DNA of 64,000 nucleotides, taken from assembly GCA_049446715.1 (NCBI GenBank), contig JBMTQX010000009.1, positions 3,886-67,885 on the forward strand, written 5' to 3'. Below are positions 37,187 to 46,679 of the stretch, piece after piece. The position numbers and the translations under genes are program-made. A model generated the notes under the pieces. It was not told where the DNA came from. It did no database searches and was given only the letters and a program-made list of their open reading frames with translations. Position 1 is the first letter of the stretch. Every line of letters starts with the position of its first letter. The stretch comes from Pseudohongiellaceae bacterium. GTDB taxonomy: Bacteria; Pseudomonadota; Gammaproteobacteria; Pseudomonadales; Pseudohongiellaceae.

Positions 37187-37193
37187 AACCCGA

Positions 37194-39449
37194 TTACTTG
37201 TCCTGTACCACGACACTGTCGACCTTGCGGAAGCCCTGGGGCAGTTTGTTGCCCCGCCGACCGCGCTCGCCACGGTAGTGTTCCAGATCGTTCATGGACA
37301 GGTTGAAATGGCGTTTACCGGAATGAATCACCAGCACCTGGTCGGCATGCATGACTGCAATGGCAGCCACGTATTCCACGCGCTCGGCTACCCGGGCCGA
37401 CGGTATACCGATGATCTTGTTGCCCTTGCCCTTGGCCAGTTCCGGCAGTTCACTCAGTTTGAACATGAGCATGCGGCCTTCGTTAGTGATGGCCACCACT
37501 TCACTGCTTCCGATGTCATCCACCGGCACCGGTGACAGCACCTTGGCTCCCTTGGGCAGGTTCAGCAAGGCCTTACCGGCCTTGTTCTTGCTAACTAGGT
37601 TTTCCATTTTCGTGATGAAACCGTAACCGGCGTCCGATGCAATCAGGCACAGCCGGCTGGCATCACCGATCATCAGGCCCATGAACGTGGCACCTGATGG
37701 CGGCTTCACACGTCCCGACAGCGGTTCGCCCATGCCGCGTGCACTGGGCAGTGAGTGGGCCGGCAACGTGTAGGAACGACCGGTGGAATCCAGGAACACC
37801 GCATTCTGGTTGCTCTTGCCGCGGGCAAACAGTTTCAGTTTGTCGCCGGACTTGTAGGCCAGAGTGGAAGGATCAACCTCGTGCCCCTTGGCTGCGCGGA
37901 CCCAGCCACCTTCCGACAGAATGACCGTTACCGGCTCGGTGGAGATCAGCTCCTCTTCCCTGAAAGCGACCGCTTCCTCGCGGATCACCAGCTCGGAACG
38001 ACGGTCATCTCCGTAGGTGTCGGCATCAGCCTGGATCTCGTTCTTGATCAGTGTTTTCAGCCGTGCTTTCGACGCCAGGGTTTTTTCCAGGGCATCACGC
38101 TCTTCAGCCAGCTCCTTCTGCTCGCCCTTGATCTTCATTTCTTCCAGCTTGGCAAGATTACGCAGCTTCAACTCGAGAATGGCTTCCGCCTGGGTATCGG
38201 TGAGCTTGAAGGTTTTCATCAGCACCGGCTTGGGCTTGTCTTCGGTGCGGATGATCCTGATGACTTCGTCGATATTGAGGTAGGCGATGAGCAAGGCATC
38301 CAGGATATGCATCCGGGCCTTGATCTTCTCCAGGCGGTAATTGAGGCGGCGGGTAACGGTGGTCGTACGGAACTCCAGCCATTCCTTGAGCAGGGCCACC
38401 AGCGGCTTGACCTGTGGCTTGCCATCAATGCCGATCATGTTGAAGTTGGTGCGGTAACTGCGCTCCAGATCTGTGGTGGAGAACAGGTGCGCCATGACCG
38501 CATCCACATCTACACGATTGGAGCGCGGCTCGATGACAATGCGGGTCGGGTTTTCATGGTCGGATTCGTCGCGGATATCGACGATCATCGGCAGTTTCTT
38601 TTTCTGCATCTGCACCGCAATCTGCTCCAGCACCTTGGCGCCGGACACCTGGTACGGCAGCGCAGTAATCACAATGTCACCGTTTTCCCTGGCATAAACA
38701 GCCCGGCTTTTGAGCATGCCGCGCCCGGTTTCGTAAATCTCGGCAATTTCGACAGGCGGCGTAATGATCTCGGCATAGGTCGGGAAATCTGGTCCCTTCA
38801 CGAACTTCATCAGGTCGGCGGTGGTCGCTTTGGGGTTATCCAGCAGGTGGATACAGGCCTGGGCCACTTCCCGCAGGTTGTGCGGCAGGATATCGGTGGC
38901 CATACCAACCGCAATTCCGCTGCCACCATTGAGCAGGACGTTAGGCAGGCGCGCCGGTAGGATCTGCGGCTCTTCCAGTTCGCCGTCAAAATTGAGTTTC
39001 CAGTCCACCGTGTCCTGGCCCAGTTCGCTGAGCAGCACATCCGCATAGGCGCGCATCTTGGACTCGGTGTAACGCATGGCAGCAAAGGATTTCGGGTCAT
39101 CGGGTGAACCCCAGTTGCCCTGGCCGTCGATGATGGGATAGCGGTAGGAAAACGGCTGCGCCATGAGCACCATCGCTTCGTAACAGGCAGAGTCACCATG
39201 GGGGTGATACTTGCCGATGACGTCACCAATAGTACGGGCAGACTTCTTGTACTTGGCCGTGGACTTCAGTCCCAGCTCCGACATGGCATACACGATGCGG
39301 CGCTGCACCGGCTTCAGGCCATCGCCGATATGCGGCAGCGCCCGGTCGTTGATGACGTACATCGAATAGTTCAGGTACGACTGCTCCACGAACTTGCGCA
39401 GCGCCATTTGTTCGAAGCCGTCTTCAGAAAGGGTAATGTTGTCTGTCAT
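37194..39449 (-). CDS. parC: DNA topoisomerase IV subunit A
   Basis: 751 aa; [29 protein letters not shown], active-site region AAMRYTE; paired with parE and the yqiA-cpdA block as in enterics. Confidence 0.95.
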   Translation of the reverse strand: MTDNITLSEDGFEQMALRKFVEQSYLNYSMYVINDRALPHIGDGLKPVQRRIVYAMSELGLKSTAKYKKSARTIGDVIGKYHPHGDSACYEAMVLMAQPFSYRYPIIDGQGNWGSPDDPKSFAAMRYTESKMRAYADVLLSELGQDTVDWKLNFDGELEEPQILPARLPNVLLNGGSGIAVGMATDILPHNLREVAQACIHLLDNPKATTADLMKFVKGPDFPTYAEIITPPVEIAEIYETGRGMLKSRAVYARENGDIVITALPYQVSGAKVLEQIAVQMQKKKLPMIVDIRDESDHENPTRIVIEPRSNRVDVDAVMAHLFSTTDLERSYRTNFNMIGIDGKPQVKPLVALLKEWLEFRTTTVTRRLNYRLEKIKARMHILDALLIAYLNIDEVIRIIRTEDKPKPVLMKTFKLTDTQAEAILELKLRNLAKLEEMKIKGEQKELAEERDALEKTLASKARLKTLIKNEIQADADTYGDDRRSELVIREEAVAFREEELISTEPVTVILSEGGWVRAAKGHEVDPSTLAYKSGDKLKLFARGKSNQNAVFLDSTGRSYTLPAHSLPSARGMGEPLSGRVKPPSGATFMGLMIGDASRLCLIASDAGYGFITKMENLVSKNKAGKALLNLPKGAKVLSPVPVDDIGSSEVVAITNEGRMLMFKLSELPELAKGKGNKIIGIPSARVAERVEYVAAIAVMHADQVLVIHSGKRHFNLSMNDLEHYRGERGRRGNKLPQGFRKVDSVVVQDK

Positions 39450-39508
39450 ATTCTTTTTGGTTCAATTTAATACGTTACTTAAAGTGTTCTTCTCTGGGAA
39501 CGGATGCC

Positions 39509-39572
39509 GGAGGCAAGAGACAGGATGCAAGAAGAAACCTTCACGATCACCTGCATCCTGTCTCTTGCCTCC
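39509..39572. other. Perfect 21-bp stem / 22-nt loop hairpin in the parE-parC intergenic region
   Basis: GGAGGCAAGAGACAGGATGCA (39509-39529) pairs with TGCATCCTGTCTCTTGCCTCC (39552-39572); flanking CGGATGC/GCATCCG extend it. Confidence 0.85.
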
Positions 39573-39584
39573 TGCATCCGCTTT

Positions 39585-41483
39585 TTATATCTCTGCCAGG
39601 TTGCCGTATTTCTCCAGCCAGACCTTGCGGTCGGCAGAGCGTTTCTTGGCCAGCAGCATGTCCATCAGGTCCTGGGTTTTCTTGGCCTGGTCGATGGTCA
39701 GCTGCACCAGCCGGCGGGTGTCCTTGTTCATGGTGGTTTCACGCAGCTGAATAGGGTTCATCTCACCCAGGCCCTTGAAACGCTGCACGTTGGGTTTGCC
39801 CTTTTTCTTCTCGGCCACAATCATGTTGAGCACCCCGTTTTTCTCGTCTTCATCGAGGGCATAGTGCACTTCCTTGCCGATATCGATGCGGTACAGCGGT
39901 GGCATGGCCACGTAGATATGACCGGCCTCGACCAGGGCGGGAAAATGCTTCACGAACAGGGCGCTGAGCAGGGTGGCAATGTGCAGGCCGTCGGAGTCGG
40001 CATCAGCCAGGATGCAGATCTTGCCATAGCGCAGACCCTTGAGGTCACTGGAGCCGGGGTCCACGCCAATGGCGATGGAAATATCGTGTACTTCCTGGGA
40101 GGCCAGGATTTCACCGGAGTCCACTTCCCAGGTATTGAGAATCTTGCCGCGCAGCGGCATCACCGCCTGCGTGACACGATCGCGCGCCTGCTTGGCAGAA
40201 CCCCCTGCCGAATCACCCTCCACTAGGAACAGCTCACCGGAGTCGACGTCCTGGGTGGTACAGTCGGCGAGCTTGCCGGGCAGTGCCGGTCCGGCAGTCA
40301 CCTTCTTGCGCACTACCTTCTTGCCTTCACGCATGCGGCTCTGGGCATTGTTGATGCACATCTCCGCAATCCTGACGGCTTCATCGGTGTGCTGGTTCAG
40401 CCACAATCCGAAAGCGTCCTTGACCACGCCACCGATGAAGACGGCGCTCTGGCGGGAGGACAGTTTTTCCTTGGTCTGGCCGGCAAACTGCGGATCAATC
40501 ATTTTGGCTGACAGGATGTAGGAACAGCGCTCCCAGATATCTTCCGAACTCAGCTTCACGCCGCGCGGCAACAGGTTGCGGAATTCACAGAATTCGCGGA
40601 TGGCATCAATCATACCGGTACGAAAGCCATTCACATGCGTGCCACCCTGCATGGTGGGAATCAGGTTGACATAACTTTCGGTGACCAGTTCGCCACCTTC
40701 GGGCATCCACAGCACGGCCCAGTCGACCGCTTCGTCGTTAGCCTGCATGGCGCCTGTGAACGGTTCGTCAGGAATACGCTCATAGCCTTCGGTGGACTGC
40801 AGCAGGTAATCGGTGAGACCGTCCTGGAAACACCATTCCTGGCTTTGTGCCTTGTCTTCCTTGACCGTCTTGTCTTCGAAAATCATATGCAGGCCGGGAC
40901 ACAGTACCGCCTTGGCGCGCAGGACATGGATCAGCCGCGGAATGGAAATGTTGGGAGAATCGAAATATTTGGGATCAGGCATGAAGATGACCGTGGTGCC
41001 GGTGTTACGCTGGCCGACCTTGTCGATCACTTTCAGGCTGGTTTTCTTCTCGCCATTGGCAAAGGTCATCTGGTGCAGTTTGCCGTCACGCTTGACCTGA
41101 ACTTCCAGGATACTGGAGAGGGCATTGACCACGGACACACCCACACCGTGCAGACCACCGGAAAACTTGTAGTTGTCACTGTTGAATTTGCCGCCCGCAT
41201 GCAGCCGGGTCAGGATCAGCTCCACACCCGGGACTTTTTCTTCCGGGTGGACATCCACCGGCATGCCGCGGCCGTCGTCAGACACTTCCACACTGCCATC
41301 CTTGTTCAGGGTGACCTTGATGGTGCGGGCATGGCCGGCGAGGGCTTCGTCGACACTGTTGTCGACCACTTCCTGCACAAGGTGATTGGGACGGGTAGTA
41401 TCGGTGTACATGCCCGGGCGGCGCCGGACAGGATCCAGACCGGTCAATACTTCAATGGAACCGGAGGTATAGTCTTTGCTCAT
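39585..41483 (-). CDS. parE: DNA topoisomerase IV subunit B
   Basis: 632 aa; GHKL ATPase N-terminus (GLHHLV-like NHLVQEVVDNSVDEA), Toprim LVEGDSAGGSAKQARDR. Confidence 0.95.
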   Translation of the reverse strand: MSKDYTSGSIEVLTGLDPVRRRPGMYTDTTRPNHLVQEVVDNSVDEALAGHARTIKVTLNKDGSVEVSDDGRGMPVDVHPEEKVPGVELILTRLHAGGKFNSDNYKFSGGLHGVGVSVVNALSSILEVQVKRDGKLHQMTFANGEKKTSLKVIDKVGQRNTGTTVIFMPDPKYFDSPNISIPRLIHVLRAKAVLCPGLHMIFEDKTVKEDKAQSQEWCFQDGLTDYLLQSTEGYERIPDEPFTGAMQANDEAVDWAVLWMPEGGELVTESYVNLIPTMQGGTHVNGFRTGMIDAIREFCEFRNLLPRGVKLSSEDIWERCSYILSAKMIDPQFAGQTKEKLSSRQSAVFIGGVVKDAFGLWLNQHTDEAVRIAEMCINNAQSRMREGKKVVRKKVTAGPALPGKLADCTTQDVDSGELFLVEGDSAGGSAKQARDRVTQAVMPLRGKILNTWEVDSGEILASQEVHDISIAIGVDPGSSDLKGLRYGKICILADADSDGLHIATLLSALFVKHFPALVEAGHIYVAMPPLYRIDIGKEVHYALDEDEKNGVLNMIVAEKKKGKPNVQRFKGLGEMNPIQLRETTMNKDTRRLVQLTIDQAKKTQDLMDMLLAKKRSADRKVWLEKYGNLAEI

Positions 41484-42154
41484 ACGTGCTGTGCTTTCCT
41501 TCCAGGGGAGTCGCTTGAGGTTTCTGGTTGCAGCGTGCTGACTGCTGCCAGGGTATCAGGTGCCAGTGTGCCGGTTTCGGCAAACTCGAGAATCGCCGGC
41601 AGCATGGCAGCAAAGCCTTCATACCGGTGGCTGCCACCTACCTGCACTACCTGCAGGGACTGCGCATAACGCGTAACGGCCAGCTGGTAATCCAGCACTT
41701 CATCACCGGTCTGCACCAGCAGCAGGAAATTCCCGGGTGATTGGATCGGGTTCACATCCAGGGTATCGAGAAATTCGGCATGGGCGCGGGTGAATTCATA
41801 TTCCTCACCGGTATAGAGGTTTTTCTGCGGACCGAGAAATTCCTCACCCAGGGTTTTCGCCGGCGATACCGCCGGATTGACCAGGGCGGCGCGGCAGCCA
41901 TACTTTTCCGCCAGCCAGGTCGCGTAGTAACCACCCAGGGAACTGCCCACTAGGACATGGATGTGCTCACCCGCTTCCCGGATCAGGTCTTCAAGTTGCG
42001 CCAGCGCTTGCTGGGGATCATGGGACAGTGCCGGCACCGCCACCGCATAGTCAGGATGCTGGTGGCAGAAGTCGATAAAGTCTTGGGCTTTTGCAGAGGC
42101 CGGTGAGCTGTTGAATCCGTGTATGTAGAGAATAAGCGGCCGGCTCGAAGTCAT
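41480..42154 (-). CDS. yqiA: Alpha/beta-hydrolase esterase YqiA family
   Basis: ILYIHGFNSSPASAK, nucleophile elbow GSSLGG; ATGA overlap with the parE start. Confidence 0.85.
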   Translation of the reverse strand: MTSSRPLILYIHGFNSSPASAKAQDFIDFCHQHPDYAVAVPALSHDPQQALAQLEDLIREAGEHIHVLVGSSLGGYYATWLAEKYGCRAALVNPAVSPAKTLGEEFLGPQKNLYTGEEYEFTRAHAEFLDTLDVNPIQSPGNFLLLVQTGDEVLDYQLAVTRYAQSLQVVQVGGSHRYEGFAAMLPAILEFAETGTLAPDTLAAVSTLQPETSSDSPGRKAQHV

Positions 42155-42205
42155 GCAGCAATTATACGATGCTTCGCCCCTGTAGGTGGAATGCTATTTG
42201 CCAAT

Positions 42206-43066
42206 TCAGCGGGAAATTTTGTGTTCTGCGCGCGCGGCCGGCTCAGTGCCGGTACTGCCGAAGTCGATGTTGTAGGTCTTTTCCGTGACACGTGCGACAG
42301 CGCTTTCGATACTGCCGTCAGGGTTGAGCTCAAGCCACCGATAACCGGGCTGGGCATCGTCCAGGGTGAACTCGTCATTCTCAGGATGAAACTGAATGCA
42401 GGTTGACGGCGTGGCCATAATCTTGGCGCCGTTACGCATATCACTGAACTCCTGGTGGATATGACCATACAGGATGCCACGCACATGGGAATAACTGTCC
42501 AGTATCGAAAATAACTCATCGCTGTTTTTCAGGCAGTGCTGCTGCAGCCAGGCAGCTTTCACCGGGAGGCAGTTGTGATGAACACACACCAGCACATGGG
42601 AACCGCTGCGCTCACTGTCGGCAAGCTCCAGATCCAGATCAGCCAGTTCTTTCTGGTCGAGCAGGCCATAGACGTGACCCGGGACACGGGAATTGAGCAT
42701 GATGATGCGCCAGCGGCCAAGTTGCGCTGAACGCTTCAGGTGGACACTGTTCTGATCCAGCGCCTGTTGCATGTGACTGCGGATATCGTGATTGCCGGGC
42801 AACCAGAGTTGCGGGGCTTGCAGTGGGGCCATGGCCTCCAGGAAATTATGGTAGGCCTGGATGCTGGTGTCTTGTGACAGGTCACCAGTGCACAGCAGCA
42901 GGTCGATCTGTGACTGCTGTTCAGAGATCAGGTTGACGACATCACACAGAGAGTCAAACGTATTGAGGCCGTCAAAAAGCGTACTGCGATCGCCAAATAG
43001 ATGGGAATCCGTAATCTGGACAATCCTGTAGCTCTGGTTGTTATTGTTTGCCAGGACTTCAGCCAA
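42206..43066 (-). CDS. cpdA: 3',5'-cyclic-nucleotide phosphodiesterase CpdA (metallophosphoesterase)
   Basis: ITDSHLF, CTGDLSQD, GNHD, VHH, GHIH motifs. Confidence 0.9.
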   Translation of the reverse strand: MAEVLANNNNQSYRIVQITDSHLFGDRSTLFDGLNTFDSLCDVVNLISEQQSQIDLLLCTGDLSQDTSIQAYHNFLEAMAPLQAPQLWLPGNHDIRSHMQQALDQNSVHLKRSAQLGRWRIIMLNSRVPGHVYGLLDQKELADLDLELADSERSGSHVLVCVHHNCLPVKAAWLQQHCLKNSDELFSILDSYSHVRGILYGHIHQEFSDMRNGAKIMATPSTCIQFHPENDEFTLDDAQPGYRWLELNPDGSIESAVARVTEKTYNIDFGSTGTEPAARAEHKISR

Positions 43067-43290
43067 TGGTGGTCACTCCCTTAAAACATACCAGGCATCA
43101 AAAATCCATCTGTCTGCCGCTTTGTGTAACACAGCCCCGCTCCCTTTTCTTCGCCTGCTCACCTGTTTGTTGCGTGCTTGCGTGCTGGCGCCTATTGGCC
43201 ATTTGCAAGCCGCTCGCGGTCTGCTGTCCGCAGACGTCCTGATCACTAGCCAATCCGGCGGTATTCCGGATACTTACCCCAAGGGTTGCC

Positions 43291-43929
43291 TCAAGGGCAT
43301 GACAGGCAGTTGAGCTGCAATTCAGCCGGATCACTCAACCCTTCATTTATGCACAGATTCAGCCATTCAGCCAAAAAAAGATTCAGTTGCTCCTTTTCGT
43401 CACTCTGGTACATGAACTGGTTGGGCACCGAGTAGATCGCCTTGAAGTAACGATGATTCTGGTAGCTGGTTACTTCGGCAGTCTTGGCATCATGGTATAC
43501 ACGAACCATCATTTCCGGAGTGTGATACTGCACACACCTGCCCTTGCTGTCGTGATGCCCGTCAGAAACTGTGAAGTCGGTAGTCCCGGCAGCTTCCCTC
43601 TCGCTGGGGTTATTCCGGGGTTCGATGGTCTGTTCAGCAGGTGACTGCCCGATCAGGTCATGAGGCATCGCCTGGTCAACGGGCTGAAGATTATCCCGGG
43701 ACAGCAACTGCCTGATACGAATGGTACTGGTGTACTTGAAGTCTTCCTGCACTTCCAGGCAAACAAACACCTTTTCCTGATCACTGTCCGGTCCGAGATG
43801 AGGCAATCCCACGATGCGGCGGCTAAGGGAACGGGTGCTCCCGAGCAACTTGAGAAGGCGGATGTAGTTGGCATCACAGACCGCCATCTGTTCACTCAAA
43901 TCGATTGTGTAGGATTTTATTTTCATCAT
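43291..43929 (-). CDS. yqiB: DUF1249 (YqiB-like) protein with internal insertion
   Basis: N-terminus LSEQMAVCDANYIRLLKLL and its position between nudF and cpdA; 212 aa versus the usual ~140-150. Confidence 0.7.
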   Translation of the reverse strand: MMKIKSYTIDLSEQMAVCDANYIRLLKLLGSTRSLSRRIVGLPHLGPDSDQEKVFVCLEVQEDFKYTSTIRIRQLLSRDNLQPVDQAMPHDLIGQSPAEQTIEPRNNPSEREAAGTTDFTVSDGHHDSKGRCVQYHTPEMMVRVYHDAKTAEVTSYQNHRYFKAIYSVPNQFMYQSDEKEQLNLFLAEWLNLCINEGLSDPAELQLNCLSCP

Positions 43930-44038
43930 TATTGGCCGGTGTGATTCGACCTCGGTTGCGTTGTTGTCAGTGGGCTTTTCGGTTTCGCGCTTGCTGTATT
44001 CTCGTTCAGGTGTGCTCTTGCGGGCTTCTCCGGCCTGT

Positions 44039-44695
44039 TCACTGTGCCAGTGACTGCCTGACGTCTTCGAGATTCAGCGCCAGCCATTGCAGCGCAATGA
44101 TACTCATGGCGTTGTCGATGTGGCCAGTGATGATCGCCTCGCTGGCTTCTTCGCGACTCAGGATAACGACGCGGATATCTTCGTGTTCTTCCGCCAGGCC
44201 AAATACGTTGTCAGGCTGACGGGCCACCCGTGAAGCATCAAAGCGGGCACAGTAAAGATGCATGTACTCTGTACTGCTGCCAGGACTGAGATAGTAGTTG
44301 GTGATCGGGAGCAGCCTGTCGCCGGCGGTGCTGATATCGACATTGGCTTCTTCACGAGTTTCACGGACTGCCACCTGTTCAGGCGATTCCCCGGTGTCGA
44401 TCAGACCGGCTACCAGTTCCAGTTTCCAGGGCCCGCCTGCGGCCTCCAGGCAACCCACGCGAAATTGCTCAACCAAAAGCACCATATCCAATTCAGGGTC
44501 ATATAACAAGACGCCCACACCGGGCACGCGTCGCACAACTTCACGGGTTACCGCACCACTCCAGCCGCCATTGAAAAAACGGTGCTTGAGCGTCATCCGG
44601 TCCAGACTCAGAAAGCCGGCATGGGTTTGAGTGCAGTCGCTGATCTCAACATCCTGACGCGAAAAGGCTGGCGTCAGCAAGGGATTTTGTTTCAC
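44039..44695 (-). CDS. nudF: ADP-ribose pyrophosphatase (Nudix)
   Basis: Nudix box GLIDTGESPEQVAVRETREEANV; synteny with yqiB-cpdA-yqiA-parE. Confidence 0.9.
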   Translation of the reverse strand: MKQNPLLTPAFSRQDVEISDCTQTHAGFLSLDRMTLKHRFFNGGWSGAVTREVVRRVPGVGVLLYDPELDMVLLVEQFRVGCLEAAGGPWKLELVAGLIDTGESPEQVAVRETREEANVDISTAGDRLLPITNYYLSPGSSTEYMHLYCARFDASRVARQPDNVFGLAEEHEDIRVVILSREEASEAIITGHIDNAMSIIALQWLALNLEDVRQSLAQ

Positions 44696-44779
44696 GTTAT
44701 TACCTCGTCATGGGGCTGGAATAGGGTGTTGTTTACGACAGCATACAGGAAGGTCGCTGCCGGGTTTACGGCAATTCTT

Positions 44780-44788
44780 TGCTACAAT
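44780..44788 (+). promoter_or_regulatory. Extended -10 promoter element TGcTACAAT about 500 nt upstream of tolC
   Basis: TG at 44780-44781, TACAAT at 44783-44788; no good -35, which is consistent with the extended -10 class. Confidence 0.4.
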
Positions 44789-44872
44789 GCAGCAGCCTCG
44801 ACCGGCCTAAAATGCCGGCACTTTTCGATGTACCCGATGACGGTACGATGCACGAACATCCGTCGAGCGATA

Positions 44873-44892
44873 GTGAAACGAAAGTGAAACGA
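44873..44892 (+). promoter_or_regulatory. Tandem direct repeat GTGAAACGA x2 with 11-bp period
   Basis: 44873-44881 and 44884-44892 are identical; one helical turn apart, a spacing typical of response-regulator direct-repeat sites. Confidence 0.35.
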
Positions 44893-45138
44893 CGCTTAAG
44901 TGTTACTCGACTATTGAATGGGAAGGTGAAGCCCGTGCCGCAATACCGATCAGACAGCACCGCTCAGACAACGGCATGGCTGGTCCACACGCATTGGGTT
45001 TGCGTAAAACCGGCATCGGCGAGGCAGGCCAGGGGCTGCGCACTGCGGAAACACAACCGTCATTCGAAGCATGGCGGCAAGACAAAAAGCCCTGCTACCC
45101 CCGGGAGTACTTGACAGAAAGTGGAAAAGAAAAGAAAC

Positions 45139-45156
45139 TGACTGACCAGTCAGTCA
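45139..45156. promoter_or_regulatory. Perfect 18-bp palindrome TGACTGAC-CA-GTCAGTCA upstream of tolC (candidate operator)
   Basis: 8+8 inverted repeat, 22 nt downstream of a TTGACA hexamer (45111-45116) and 135 nt upstream of the tolC start. Confidence 0.5.
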
Positions 45157-45290
45157 ACGATGGTGCCGGAATTTTGTTGCCGGCCAGACCCTCTGTAAAA
45201 TTTAACTTTTCACTTATCTTTCAATACGTTGAATACAGGCCTGCCAGAGGGACCCCAACAGGTCAGTCACGATTTGTAATGGAGAAAATC

Positions 45291-46652
45291 ATGGGAAATT
45301 TACGCGCTTGTCGTCCGGCAGTCGCTCTTGCCAGTTGCGTGACAGCCGTCCTGCTCGCGCTCCCCATCAACAGTGCCCGTGCCGACGACCTGGCCGGTAT
45401 CTTTGATCTGGCCGTGAATAACGACCCGGAAATCCGCCAGGCTCGCGCCAACTTCAATGCGGCCCACACCACAGTGGACCAGGGCCGCTCTTTCCTGTTG
45501 CCCCGTGTCACGCTGAATGGGTCGACCTCCCGCGATACTGCCGGACCTGCTGTCGACACGGCATTTGGTTCCGCGCACAGTTTTGAGAACGGCTTCAACA
45601 CCAAGGGATACAGCCTGAACATCAGCCAGGCGCTGCTGAATTTCGAGGCCTGGTACGCCTTCCAGTCTGCAAAGCAAACCGACCTGCAGGCCGCTGCCAA
45701 CCTGGCCCAGGCGGAACAGCAGCTGATCCTAAAAGTCGCGACCGCGTACTTCAATGTGTTGCGTTCACAGGACAACCTCGCCTCTTTCCGTGCCGAGGAA
45801 GATGCCGCTTCCCGCGTGCTGGAACAGACCCGCGAGCGTTTTGAAGTGGGCCTGATTCCGATCACCGATGTCTATGACAGCCAGGCCAATGCCGACCTGG
45901 CCCGGGTCAATCGCCTGGTGGAAGAAAACAACCTGAACCAGGCCCTGGAAGCATTGGAAGCCATCACCGGCCGCGCCCATAGCGACCTGGAATCGCTGAG
46001 CACCGAATTTCCGATCGAGTCACTGGCACCGGAAACCCTGGAAGACTGGGTCAACCTGGCCATGGGCAACAACCTGGCCATCAAGGCCGCAGAACATGAT
46101 TTCGAAGCCAAGAAAGAAGATGCCAGATCTGCCCGCGCCGCGATGTTTCCGACCCTGGAGATCAACGCCGGCTATGGCTGGAATCAGTCTGCCAACCAGT
46201 TCAGCTTCTTTCCGGGCATCGCCTCTGAGCGCACCAACATCACCCTCAATTTCACCTATCCCCTTTTTGCCGGTGGCCTCAATGCCGCCCGCAAGCGTCA
46301 GGCATACTACACCCGCGATGCCAGTGAAGAAGCGTTGCTGAAAACCGAACGCGACAGTACACAAAGTACCCGCAACAGCTATCGCAGTGTCGAAACCGAT
46401 GTCCTGGCTGTTCAGGCTCGGGCGCAGGCCATCGTCTCTGCCGAAAGTGCTCTGGAAGCCACCGAAGTGGGCGCTGAAGTCGGTACACGTAATGTGGTGG
46501 ACGTGGTGCTAGCGCAGCGCACCCTGTTCCAGGCGCGTCGGGATTATGCCAATGCCCGGTACAACTACGTCATCAATACCCTCAACCTGAAACAGGCGGC
46601 AGGCATCCTCAATCCGCAGGACATCATCGACCTCAACAACTGGCTGGAGTGA
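45291..46652 (+). CDS. tolC: Outer-membrane efflux/secretion channel TolC
   Basis: ATG 45291 with GGAG 6 nt upstream; signal peptide ...INSARA; two OEP repeats; divergent from nudF as in E. coli. Confidence 0.9.
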   Translation: MGNLRACRPAVALASCVTAVLLALPINSARADDLAGIFDLAVNNDPEIRQARANFNAAHTTVDQGRSFLLPRVTLNGSTSRDTAGPAVDTAFGSAHSFENGFNTKGYSLNISQALLNFEAWYAFQSAKQTDLQAAANLAQAEQQLILKVATAYFNVLRSQDNLASFRAEEDAASRVLEQTRERFEVGLIPITDVYDSQANADLARVNRLVEENNLNQALEALEAITGRAHSDLESLSTEFPIESLAPETLEDWVNLAMGNNLAIKAAEHDFEAKKEDARSARAAMFPTLEINAGYGWNQSANQFSFFPGIASERTNITLNFTYPLFAGGLNAARKRQAYYTRDASEEALLKTERDSTQSTRNSYRSVETDVLAVQARAQAIVSAESALEATEVGAEVGTRNVVDVVLAQRTLFQARRDYANARYNYVINTLNLKQAAGILNPQDIIDLNNWLE

Positions 46653-46679
46653 TCCGGCCGTTGCTGGCCAGGGTCTGCC

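Noticed and set aside
39573-39590. The short T run after the parE-parC hairpin as a + strand terminator
   Set aside because: No + strand gene ends there. It would terminate only antisense transcription, for which there is no evidence in the sequence.
44920-44990. Cobalamin-riboswitch-like string GGGAAGGTGAAGCC upstream of tolC
   Set aside because: No B12 box (GCCACTG) or the other conserved helices could be found, and tolC is not a B12-related gene.
44779-45114. 111-aa basic ORF in the tolC upstream region
   Set aside because: There is no SD, and it uses many codons that are rare for this genome (TTA, AGT, CTA, CGA, AAT). No homology is recognisable. I treat the region as non-coding regulatory sequence.
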